From NCBI GenBank assembly GCA_964016885.1, contig OZ024740.1, forward strand, positions 210,676,001 to 210,740,000: a stretch of DNA of 64,000 nt, given 5' to 3'. Each line of letters starts with the position of its first letter. The first letter of the stretch is position 1. Under the pieces are notes generated by a model. It was given only the letters and a program-made list of their open reading frames with translations, made no database searches and was not told where the DNA came from. Below, one piece after another: positions 42,536-53,124 of the stretch. The DNA comes from Eledone cirrhosa. Its lineage: Eukaryota. A program made the translations under genes and the position numbers.

Positions 42536-42548
42536 TATATATATATTA

Positions 42549-43234
42549 TATATTATAAAGCTGAGTGTCGTGTGTATTATGTATGTATGTATCCTACACA
42601 CCTCCCTATAGTTTGTTAGCTTTACTCTCTCCGTCGCTCTTCCCTCTCTCTATAATAGATCATTCCCCCTCTCTATAATTTAACTGCTTTACTCTCTCTG
42701 TTGCTCTTATGAAGTTGAGCGTCGTCTCTCCGTCGCTCTTCCCTATCTCTATAATAGATCATCCCCCTTCTCTATAATTTAACTGCTTTACTCTCTCTGT
42801 CGCTCTTCACTCTCAAATATTATAAAGTTGAGCGTCGTCTCTCTCTCCCTCTTTCACCCTCTCTATAATTTAACTGCTTTACTCTCTCTGTTGCTCTTAT
42901 GAAGTTGAGCGTCGTCTCTCCGTCGCTCTTCCCTATCTCTATAATAGATCATCCCCCTTCTCTATAATTTAACTGCTTTACTCTCTCTGTCGCTCTTCAC
43001 TCTCAAATATTATAAAGTTGAGCGTCGTCTCTTTCTCCCTCTTTCACCCTCTCTATAATTTAACTGCTTTACTCTCTGTCTCTCTTCACTCTCTATATGA
43101 CAACACTCTTTTACTTTCCGTTTTAATTGTATCTCTCTCTGTCTAACGGCCTAACACTCTCTTTTCACCCTCCCTCTGTTTTTCTGTCGTCGCTCGCATA
43201 AGTAACACACACACACACATAAACACACACACAC

Positions 43235-43322
<88 letters not shown>

Positions 43323-43577
43323 CCCACACACACACACACAAATACACATACTTTCTGTCGTCGCTCGCATAAGTAATACACACACGCACACACACACATA
43401 ATATAACATCAAAACAAAACACACATACACATATATAAACACACACACACACATATCCATACGTTATATGTATGTAAGATCATTCCCCTCTCTATAATTT
43501 AACTGCTTTAATCTCTCTGTCGCTCTTCACTCTCTATATGATAACACTGTTTTAGTTTCCGTATCTCACTTCAATAT

Positions 43578-43614
<37 letters not shown>

Positions 43615-43749
43615 TTTAGAGAAAGAGAGAGATTTAGAGAAAGATTAGGAAAACTACACACACACATCTACAGAGAGAGAGAAAAACAGAGGGAGGAGAA
43701 AAGAGAGAGATAGGCCGTTAGACAGAGAGAGATACAATTAGTGTTAGTT

Positions 43750-43785
<36 letters not shown>

Positions 43786-43881
43786 AAGGACAATGTGACA
43801 CGAGAGGGTGTGTGGTATCTCTGCAGTGGAGTGATGGGGGCTGGTATACCTAGCCGGACGCCAACCGGACGGGCCAGCTAG
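42549..43881 (+). mobile_element. Non-autonomous Helitron with 190-bp internal tandem duplication
   Basis: tatattataaagctga 5' end; ccggacgccaaccggacgggccagCTAG|T 3' end; interior matches 11341-11510. Confidence 0.8.
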
Positions 43882-44248
43882 TATATATATAAAATTGCAA
43901 GTTTGAAGAACAGTTAGATAAAATATACCCAAACTTTCTTCACCCCAGTTAAATAATCATTTAAACGGAACTATAAGTTTAAAATGTAACTTCGAAGAAA
44001 TAATAGATAAATGATACAGACTATTCCCCGCGAGGAATAGTCAGATAAAATTTACCCAGTCTTTCCTCTTAGCCCGTAGAAATTAACTAGCAATTTTACT
44101 TGCAATTTTACTTGCAATTTTATATATAGCTCTGATTAATAATTATTTGCTTAATTAAGTTTTCATTGAGCCACGCCGTGAAAGGTAGCCACACTCATAT
44201 ATGTCTAAATATATATCTAAATATATACATATATCCCTATGAATTTAT

Positions 44249-44316
<68 letters not shown>

Positions 44317-44459
44317 CTAGTGAAATTGTGGAATTAAAAATATATATATATATATATATAACGAAGGAAGTGTGGTAAGGAACCAGGTGGACCATAACGT
44401 GCCCAGAAATAGCCGTCGAAACGGCTTGAGCTCTGCCGTCGGAGTCTTGAACATTTTCC

Positions 44460-44545
<86 letters not shown>

Positions 44546-45126
44546 CCTAAAATCAGTGCGAGCGATAACTACATTAAGTTATCGGGACAGAGGAAAGAGA
44601 ACAAACAACATGGTAGTAACGCAACGTAAAAAGAAGAAAAGAAAGACAAGTTAATGAATCTTGTGGGTTTACGTCCGACAAATCAAATGACGAGAAGAAA
44701 ATAGACACGTCCGAGCCACGAACAAATTGAGAGAGGAAAGAATTAACGCAGGTCAGACGGGAGGAAGTGAGAGAGGAGGAGTAGGAGAGGGTGAGTGAGT
44801 GAAACTGTGAGGAAGGGGCCAGCTGAGAGAGTGTGACCAGCAGCGGGGATGGAGGAAAGTAAGAGGTAAGGGGGAGAGAGAGAAAGGAGAAAGCAATAAG
44901 GTAACAGAAAAAATACGAACCACAGCGAAGGGAAATTATATGTGAATGAAAAATGGCGTGCTGCGTTGTTGCGAATATGAACATATGAATAAAAATAAAC
45001 CGAGAAAAGTCCGTCATCAGTAGTCTACTGATTCTCATTGGTATTTCTTCGCATTACGTTGCGTTACTACCATGTTGTTTGTTCACTTTCCTCTGTCCCG
45101 ATAACTTAATGTAGTTATCGCTCGCA

Positions 45127-45193
45127 CTGATTTTAGGTATCTTGTCTTTAATGCGAAGAAATACCAATGAGAATCAGTAGACTACTGATGACG
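45127..45193 (+). ncRNA. Candidate non-circularly permuted hammerhead ribozyme (P1 copy 1)
   Basis: ctgatttt-a-ggta TC ttgtct ttaatgcgaa GAAA tacc-aatg-agaatcag t agacta CTGATGA cg. Confidence 0.55.
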
Positions 45194-45461
45194 GACTTTT
45201 CTCGGTCTATTTTTATTCATATGTTCATATTCGCAACAACGCAGCACGCCATTTTTCATTCACACATATTTTCCCTTTGCTGTGGTTCGTATTTTTTCGT
45301 GGCTCGGACGTGTCTATTTTCTTTTCGTCATTTAATTTGTCGGACTTAAGCCCACAAGATTCATTAACTTGTCTTTCTTTTCTTCTCTTTACGTTGCATT
45401 ACTACCATGTTGTTTGTTCACTTTCCTCTGTCCCGATAACTTAATTTAGTTATCGCTCGCA

Positions 45462-45528
45462 CTGATTTTAGGTATCTAGTCTTTAATGCGAAGAAATACC
45501 AATGAGAATCAGCAGACTACTGATGACG
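45462..45528 (+). ncRNA. Candidate non-circularly permuted hammerhead ribozyme (P1 copy 2)
   Basis: As copy 1 but with a perfect tagtct/agacta helix. Confidence 0.6.
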
Positions 45529-45588
45529 GACTTTTCTCGGTCTATTTTTATTCCTATGTTCATATTCGCAACAACGCAGCACGCCATT

Positions 45589-45657
<69 letters not shown>

Positions 45658-45662
<5 letters not shown>

Positions 45663-47487
45663 ATACTTGGGGAGGGTCATATTTGCGTAATATTGCCAGA
45701 ATTAATAACAGAACACACTCACTGTTTGGTTGGTTTTCGCTTCTCGCTGTCTTTTATATCTGCGATCTAACTTACTCGGTCCCCAATGTTGCCATTGACT
45801 GACCGACGGTCAAAAATAATACAGATACAACATAGACACAAACACATATATATAGTTTACATAATTTACATAAATCTTCCGTTGCACATCTGCAACATCG
45901 TCAGTGGTGTTATATTTTTTCCTCCTGTTGTGTTGTATGTCTACGCCATTTTTTATTCAGTCTGTCTATATATTTATTTATTTATTTGCTTGTTTATTTT
46001 ATTTTGTCTTCTTTGCGCATGCGGTTGCGTGTGTGTATAGTGTTATGTGTGCTGTGTGACTAGTGTGTATAGTGTTGTGTCTGTTGGGTGACTAGTGTGT
46101 GTTTATGTGCTTGTTGTTATTGTGCTTGTGTATGTATTTATTTATCTTATTTTATTTTATTTTGTTTACTTATTTATACTTCTCTTAGGTCAGTGTTGTT
46201 TGTTTGGGTGTTGTTGTTGTTCCACTCATTCTTTCTGTTTAGCTTTGGTCTTCTAATTTCTATTTCACTGGCCTCTCTGATTTGCCTATCTGCTTGGTCA
46301 TTCTTATGTTTAGATATTATTCTAATTTCTATGTTGTCTATGTTACCGTCATGTTGTTGTCTAGCATGTTCGTATAGTACTGACCCGTTTTTTCTTCCTT
46401 TTAGTTCCCCCCAGTGTTGGTCTATCCTTTCACCTATGCTACGAGCTGTCTCACCTATGTATGTTGTTGTCATGTTTCTGCAAGTACCCTCTGTACATCT
46501 TATGCTATAGACTACGTTTCTAGTTTTACAGTTTATCCGGGGGTTCACCTTACATATGATACATTTCCTATTGGTACAGTGGGTTTTCTTAAAAGGGTAG
46601 GTTTTGCTGATCAGGGATTTTATGGTGGTTCCTGGCTTTTCTACCACCTTTATTTTTAAGTGGGTCTTTCTCAGGGCCTTTCTACACTGGTTAGCTAATT
46701 TCCCTCCAGGGGTGGCGTCCACAAACATGACACTCTGATATCTCTGGTTGTCGTACCATGATGTGGCCTTCCCTATCTTATGTCTAGCCCTATCTAAGCT
46801 ATTCCATGATTTGCTCCTGTATAGTGGGCAAATTCCTTTCATGTCCAGTTCTATGAGGGTCTTATACTTTTCCATGGCTCCTTCGTATACTCTGACTCTG
46901 TCTCTTTGGTTGTAGCCAGAGAACTGCATGCGGTTGATGAAGTGTTGGATGTGTCTTTCCATTTCTGTTGGGTCGCACATGCTGGACACATTCTTCATCA
47001 CTCGTACCAAATCTGCGATCAGAATATTAAACTTAGCACTACTGGACATTGCTGAGTTTTTGAGTATCAGGTATTTGGAGGCCATGGGTTTAGCATAGTG
47101 TGAGTGGAGAATTTGGGCTCTCTCGTCTATAGTGTTAATCCAGAGTTCTGTGTCTAATACAGGTAGTCTATTGTTAGGGTGTTTGAAAGGGAAGTCGATA
47201 GTTACAGTTATACTCTGGTGTATGGAATTAGCTATCTGCTGGATGCTTTCCATCGTGCTACGTTCTAAATCAAACTTGTTAGTGCTCTCTAGTGGGGGTG
47301 TTCTTATAACTATATTGATATCGTCTACATAACGAGAGTACATGATGAGGTCTATGGAGCTTTCATTAAGGAGATCTTTAAGTCTCCTTTCCCACCATAC
47401 CATGAAAAGGTTGGCAACATCACCAGCTATGCTGACGCCGATGGCTGCTCCCTCATTTTGGGTGTAGATTTTCTCATTGAACTTATA
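45658..47487 (-). mobile_element. Penelope-like element, 5'-truncated, with 3' UTR
   Basis: Open RT-GIY-YIG frame followed by about 500 nt of non-coding sequence ending at (TA)n. Confidence 0.85.
46174..47487 (-). pseudogene. PLE RT (motif B onward) + GIY-YIG endonuclease, uninterrupted but N-terminally truncated
   Basis: QNEGAAIGVSIAGDVANLFM, YSRYVDDI, LPVLDTEL, CTNRKCIIC, NVVYSIRC..TYIGETARSIGERIDQH, RQIREA..PKLNRKNEW. Confidence 0.9.
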
Positions 47488-47512
47488 GAAGCTATCTTTA
47501 TAAAACCAATCT

Positions 47513-47573
47513 TATTTTATTATATATATTTCAAGGGTACCAACATGTTGGTACGCCCTCATCAGATAAAATA
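47513..47573 (-). ncRNA. Type I minimal hammerhead ribozyme (family B)
   Basis: tattttat CTGATGA gggcgtaccaac-at-gttggtaccctt GAAA tatata TA ataaaata. Confidence 0.8.
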
Positions 47574-48196
47574 TAAAAGTTGGTTTACAGATAGTGACAT
47601 ATTCAGACAATAACTTAATGTTGTGAGTTCTATTTGAATAGTGAAGAAAAACTTCAAATCACAAGATGAATATGCTAATGAGGATAACGTTAAAACTGAA
47701 AAAGATCGTTGTGTTTAGACGCTAGGTAAATTTAAATAATCATTAGGATTATTTTTTTTAATAAGAAAAGGAAATAAGGGTTTTTATTAGGGTAGAAGAA
47801 AATTTAAGGAAAGATTTTAAGAAAAAAAATATATTAAAGCTACTAATAGAATATTTATAGGAATGTACGTATATGATTGTCCGGAACGTATTTGTAAGGG
47901 TGTAGAGAGAATGAAATCATTATATTTATTTTTATTTATTTAATTATTTAATTATATATTTTGGAAGTATTTATAATATAATGTGTGAATTATAAATAAA
48001 TGTTAAAGTGAGAGAATATTAATTTAAAATGTGAAAGGTATCTTGTATTTATATATACAATTGGGTCTATTCTACTGGTGTGTTTTAATATTATGAAGAT
48101 TGCAGTTATGAGTATATTTTATAATATTATAAGAAGTTAGTTGTATATACATTACGTTCTTGTCTGAGTATGTCACTATCTGTAAAGCAACTTTTG

Positions 48197-48257
48197 TATT
48201 TTATCTGATGAGAGCATACCAAAATGTTGGTACCCTTGAAATATATATAATAAAATA
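48197..48257 (+). ncRNA. Type I minimal hammerhead ribozyme (family B, inverted copy)
   Basis: tattttat CTGATGA gagcataccaa-aatg-ttggtaccctt GAAA tatata TA ataaaata. Confidence 0.75.
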
Positions 48258-48354
48258 AATATGGTTTTATAAAGATAGCTTCCATTTATTAATATTATTG
48301 ATATATATATATATATGTAATATAAGATCAAAAGATGGTTAAAAGAGTTCCAAG

Positions 48355-48425
48355 TATTTTATTATGCGCATTTCAAAAACAAATATCATCATGAGATGAT
48401 ATCTGCGTTTTCATCAGATAAAATA
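48355..48425 (-). ncRNA. Type I hammerhead ribozyme (family C)
   Basis: Reverse complement of 48527-48597. Confidence 0.8.
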
Positions 48426-48526
48426 GGGATACATGATATGAAGGTTAAAAAACACTTGTGGATAGTGAAGTTTTAAATCAACTTTACTATTCACAAGTGC
48501 TTTTTAACCTTCATATCATGTATACC

Positions 48527-48597
48527 TATTTTATCTGATGAAAACGCAGATATCATCTCATGATGATATTTGTTTTTGAAATGCGCATAATAAAATA
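48527..48597 (+). ncRNA. Type I hammerhead ribozyme (family C)
   Basis: tattttat CTGATGA aaacgcagatatcatc-tcat-gatgatatttgttttt GAAA tgcgca TA ataaaata. Confidence 0.82.
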
Positions 48598-48741
48598 CTT
48601 GGAACTCTTTTAACCATCTTTTGATCTTATATTATTTATACTCCAGTCCTACAAATTGTAGAGTGCTACTTATCCGATATTTGCATTGCTTTATTGTGCT
48701 ACAATAAAACTCACCTCCTACATATATATATATATATATAT

Positions 48742-49152
48742 ATATGTATAGAAATTTCGGCTTTAGGAAGCCGTAGCTATGCAAACACCCGGACTAACGC
48801 CCTCTGGTGGTGTCCATCAGAAGCAAGGGGGCACAACCGTCTATGCATTTCAGGCTTGACTGGCCTTCTTCAGGACGCCCCCTCCTCACCGCCTGCAGTT
48901 TCATATGCAAATGAGATTAATCACCTCATTTACACAGACGAGAAAACTATATATTCTCGACTGTTTTCAAGTCCAGCAGTCGCAAGCGGTGGGAGGCACC
49001 GTCCCGAAGAAGGCCAGTCAAGCATGAAATGCAGAAACAGTTGTCCCCCTTGCTTCTGCTGGACACCACCAGAGGGCGTTAGCCCCGGTGTTTGCATAGC
49101 TACGGGTTCCTAAAACCGTCTTTCTTTAGAAATACGAAATTTCTATACATAT
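48742..49152. mobile_element. GC-rich fold-back element (family D) with hammerhead motifs in both arms
   Basis: About 150-bp imperfect inverted arms; TA-rich flanks. Confidence 0.75.
48838..48877 (-). ncRNA. Type I minimal hammerhead ribozyme (family D)
   Basis: cgtc CTGAAGA aggc-cagtcaa-gcct GAAA tgca TA gacg; the partner at 49000-49040 (+) is degenerate (CCGAAGA). Confidence 0.8.
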
Positions 49153-49188
49153 TTGTATAAGCTATGCTTGAAGCGAAGTCTTATTTCT

Positions 49189-49234
<46 letters not shown>

Positions 49235-49510
49235 TGTGTGTGTGTGTGTGCATGTATATGTATATATAATATATATATATATTCATATACATACAAGCAT
49301 ACGTACATACGTATTCATGAAAGTATGTTTGTCGTTTCTAGCTTGTAAGTTTTACAAAAGGTAAAATTCCTGGCTATACCTGGCTGTCTTGTCAAATTTT
49401 CAAAATGTCTGCCACAATCTTTGTGCTACATGGCATTTCATTGTAGGTTGTGTTTTTTCAAAAAAATCTCTTTCGCTTTCTTCCTTCCTCCCTCCCCTTC
49501 TTTCTCTCTG

Positions 49511-49568
<58 letters not shown>

Positions 49569-49619
49569 TTCTCTTCCTTCCTTTCACCTGTTCGCCCTCT
49601 TTCTTACTTTGACTACTGT

Positions 49620-49868
49620 AATAGTTATTATTGTTGTTGTTGTTGTTCTTATTATTATTGCAGTTGTTGGAATTGATGTTGTTATTGTTGTTGTTGTTTT
49701 TGGAATTCGTATATTGGCTTTGTTGCTGTTGTTGTTGTTGTTTTATTAATAGTAGTAGCATTAGTAGTAATAGCAGTAGTAGTAGCAGTAGCAGCAATAG
49801 TAATAGTAGCAGCAGAAGCAGCAGCAGCAGCATTAGTAGTAGTAGTAGTAGCAGCAGCAGCAGTAGCA

Positions 49869-49914
<46 letters not shown>

Positions 49915-49985
49915 TAGTAGTAGAAGTATTAGAAGTAGTAGTAGTAGTAGTAGAAGTATTAGAAGTAGTAGTAGTAGTAGTAGTA
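49620..49985. repeat. (TTG)n then (AGC/AGT)n trinucleotide arrays
   Basis: Direct reading. Confidence 0.9.
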
Positions 49986-50114
49986 TAGAGAGATTCCGTA
50001 GGTTGTTCTCCCAGACTAAGTCATTTGTTGTTACATTATTAACTGGCTGCTGTCAACCTGGTAATTGCACCGTACACCTCCTACCAGGCCACTTCACTGG
50101 CCTCCCCACGATAA

Positions 50115-50149
<35 letters not shown>

Positions 50150-50474
50150 AACACACGCACAGACACATACACGACATAGATACACACACACGCACACACA
50201 CACATAGGCGCAAGAACACACACACATGGAACAAACACACACACACACATATATATATGTATAGATACACACACACACACACATATACATAGGTCCACAT
50301 AGGTTAGTTATCACTCCCTTTCTCTCTCTACACCACATTCTCTCCCCCCTCTCTCTCTGTCTGGTTCTTGTTTGTTTTTGTCACAGCTGTACTCTGTATA
50401 ACTCTGTACCTCACCACCATCACCACCACCACCAGCACCTCACTATTTCCCTACCACTGACTTACACCCCTAAA

Positions 50475-50545
<71 letters not shown>

Positions 50546-50747
50546 AATATATATATATATAAGTAAGATGTATGGTAGGTCGTATATGAATCGCGATGAT
50601 CACGTCTGACCTACCAAATATGTGACGGTAGCTAGTTAAGCTCTATGCGTATACGCAGAGCAGAAAAGTTCCACCATGTGGTCGGACGAAACGGCTGTCG
50701 GCAATAAACTTGTTATAATGTCATAATAGTTCCTTTGTTCTTTTTCA

Positions 50748-50789
<42 letters not shown>

Positions 50790-51193
50790 AACTGGGATAA
50801 CTCCGATATAAAACCTGCGGCTCAGTAGTTACCGATGATGTTGATCTTTTCGTCTTTTCGGGTTATAACTACTGTCGCTCAGAGAGTGGGATTGGCTCAG
50901 TGCACAGTCTTTCCTCACTTTAAAAAATATCTTCACGCACAGGCATTGCACGATAGAATTAATTAATAATTATTAATAATGGTATATCATGCAATGGCCA
51001 TACTCGATAACGAGGGCGCAGCCATCATGTATGTATATATGTATGTGTATGTGGGTATATATGTATGTGTATGTGTGTATATATGTATGTGTATGTGTGT
51101 GTGTACGTGTGAGTCCCGGGATCAATCCGGGGGTAACCACAATAAGTAAGGTACTCAATACATTATTAGAGTTTAAACATCATGTTTAATCAT

Positions 51194-51240
51194 CAGGACA
51201 GCCCTGATGATTTCTTTCGAATGAAACAGTTCTAGTCCTG
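51194..51240 (+). ncRNA. Candidate minimal hammerhead motif
   Basis: caggacagcc CTGATGA tttc-tttc-gaat GAAA cagtt ctagtcctg; weak stems II and III. Confidence 0.45.
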
Positions 51241-51269
51241 TAGAAGACTTTTCTATATTAGATTTGTGG

Positions 51270-51356
<87 letters not shown>

Positions 51357-51437
51357 GGTAAACAGAAATAACAACACAATCGGTACAGTATATGGAAGGG
51401 GTATATTAGGTTAACGCTTGATATAGCAGGAAGAGGG

Positions 51438-51473
51438 TCTTAACGTTTCGGACGCTAGTCCTTCATCAGAAGA
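51438..51473 (-). ncRNA. Minimal hammerhead motif (PLE-type, ACGT palindromic stem III)
   Basis: tctt CTGATGA a ggac-tagc-gtcc GAAA cg TT aaga. Confidence 0.7.
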
Positions 51474-51571
51474 AAGAATGAGAAATAAGATAGATTGAGG
51501 GGACGGGCGGGATGGAATTGGAAAAAATGTCTTTAGATAAAAATAACAGGTCCATTCATGTTGACATCTCT

Positions 51572-51605
<34 letters not shown>

Positions 51606-51780
51606 TAAAACATGTCTATAGAATCACAAGATAAAATATATACTATTTCCTCTCCCAATTAGCATAATTAACTATATAAAAAATCGAATAGACCAGGCTA
51701 ATATATATATATATATATATACATATAGTATAGGGGATTCAATGATTTACTCGTGATGGTACCAAAATACTTTTTGTCAC

Positions 51781-51879
51781 ATCGTCAGTCTGAGGGGCAG
51801 ATCGATAGTGGAGTCGGGTCCATAACTATTTTGGGTGACCTAGAGCCAATCCTCTGCGAAACGCGCGTAACAGGTTGAT
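51781..51879 (+). ncRNA. Degenerate hammerhead motif with long stem II insert
   Basis: gt CTGAGGG gcaga...tctgc GAAA cgcgcg TA ac; AATAAA shortly downstream. Confidence 0.45.
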
Positions 51880-51910
51880 ACACAATAAATATCATATACA
51901 TGTAAACCTT

Positions 51911-51995
<85 letters not shown>

Positions 51996-52074
51996 TGGTG
52001 ATGGTTCTCCTTTCAAAAGATCATTTCTAATTTGAGATTTGCAGTGGAAAGTTGAAGGAGAACAATAATGTGAT

Positions 52075-52218
52075 AGGGAGAAAGAGATAGAAAGTGAGAG
52101 GGAGAGAGAGGGTGGAATAGAGAGAGAGAGGCGCAGAAATGGAGAAAGGACAGGAAATATAGAAAGTAGGAGAAAGCATTAGGAGACAATATGAGAAGAG
52201 AGAGAGAGAGAGAGAGTT

Positions 52219-52258
<40 letters not shown>

Positions 52259-52860
52259 TTTGAGAGGGAGAGGGATAGAGAGTGATGGTGGAGAGAGAGA
52301 GAGAGGAAGGAGGATGAGAGAGAGAGAGAGGAAGGAGGATGAGAGAGAGAGGAAGAGCAAGAAAAGAGGCAAATTGAGGGAGATGAGAAGGGAAAGAAAG
52401 AATGATGTAGAGAACGTATTGAGAAAGACGAATATAGACAAAGAGAGTGGGGGAGAAAGAGGTAGAGTGAAAAGGGGAGAGAAAGAGAGAGGGGGAGAAA
52501 GAGGTAGAGTGAAAAGGGGAGAGAAAGAGAGAAGGGAGATAGAGAGAGGAGAAGGAGAGAGAAAGAGAGAGGGGAGAAGGAGAGCGATAAAAAGAGGGGA
52601 AATAGAGAGAGGGGAGAAAGAGAGAGGGGAGAAGGAGAGAGAAAGAGATAGGGGAGATAGAGAGAGGGGGAGAAAGAGGTAGAGTGAAAAGGGAGAGAAA
52701 GAGAGAGGGGAGAAGGAGAGAAAAAGAGAGAGGGGAGATAGAGTGGGAGAAAGAGGTAGAGTGAAAAAGGGAGAGAAAGAAAGAGGGGGAGAAAGAGAGA
52801 GGGGAGAAAGAGAGAGTGGGAGAAAGAGATAGAGTGAAAAAGGGAGAGAAAGAGAGTGAA
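52075..52860. repeat. GA-rich polypurine low-complexity tract
   Basis: Direct reading. Confidence 0.9.
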
Positions 52861-53068
52861 TGTGAGGTTAATAAAAGGTGGTGTGACGTTTGAAGAGACT
52901 TATAGATAGATTGAGTGAAGCTTGGTGAAAGTTGTCTGTATGACATTCAGTGCCAACAGGCTGCAAATTAGATGCACCTTCATTGAATACCTTGGTATTG
53001 AAACTTAGACACACACGGAATATCATTTATACGGCTCTATCTCTTTCTCTCACTCTCACACACACACA

Positions 53069-53124
<56 letters not shown>

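Larger units (their letters stand above)
44543..45592. mobile_element. Non-coding element: 335-bp tandem units (+, 45056-45592) and an inverted monomer (-, 44543-45056); family P1
   Basis: atgcgaagaa at 45151 and 45486; 44543-45056 is the reverse complement of the unit with an extra purine-rich insert; microsatellite flanks. Confidence 0.8.
47488..48300. mobile_element. PLE-type inverted terminal repeat pair (family B; arms 47488-47612 / 48158-48282)
   Basis: Arms are reverse complements around an AT-rich spacer. Confidence 0.75.
48318..48722. mobile_element. PLE-type fold-back terminal repeat (family C)
   Basis: 48318-48468 is the reverse complement of 48482-48634; (TA)n flanks. Confidence 0.8.

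Noticed and set aside
52870-53000. Possible host exon (VKLGESCLYDIQCQQ on +, or a signal-peptide-like frame on -)
   Set aside because: In-frame stops flank both readings and there is no convincing splice-site pair.
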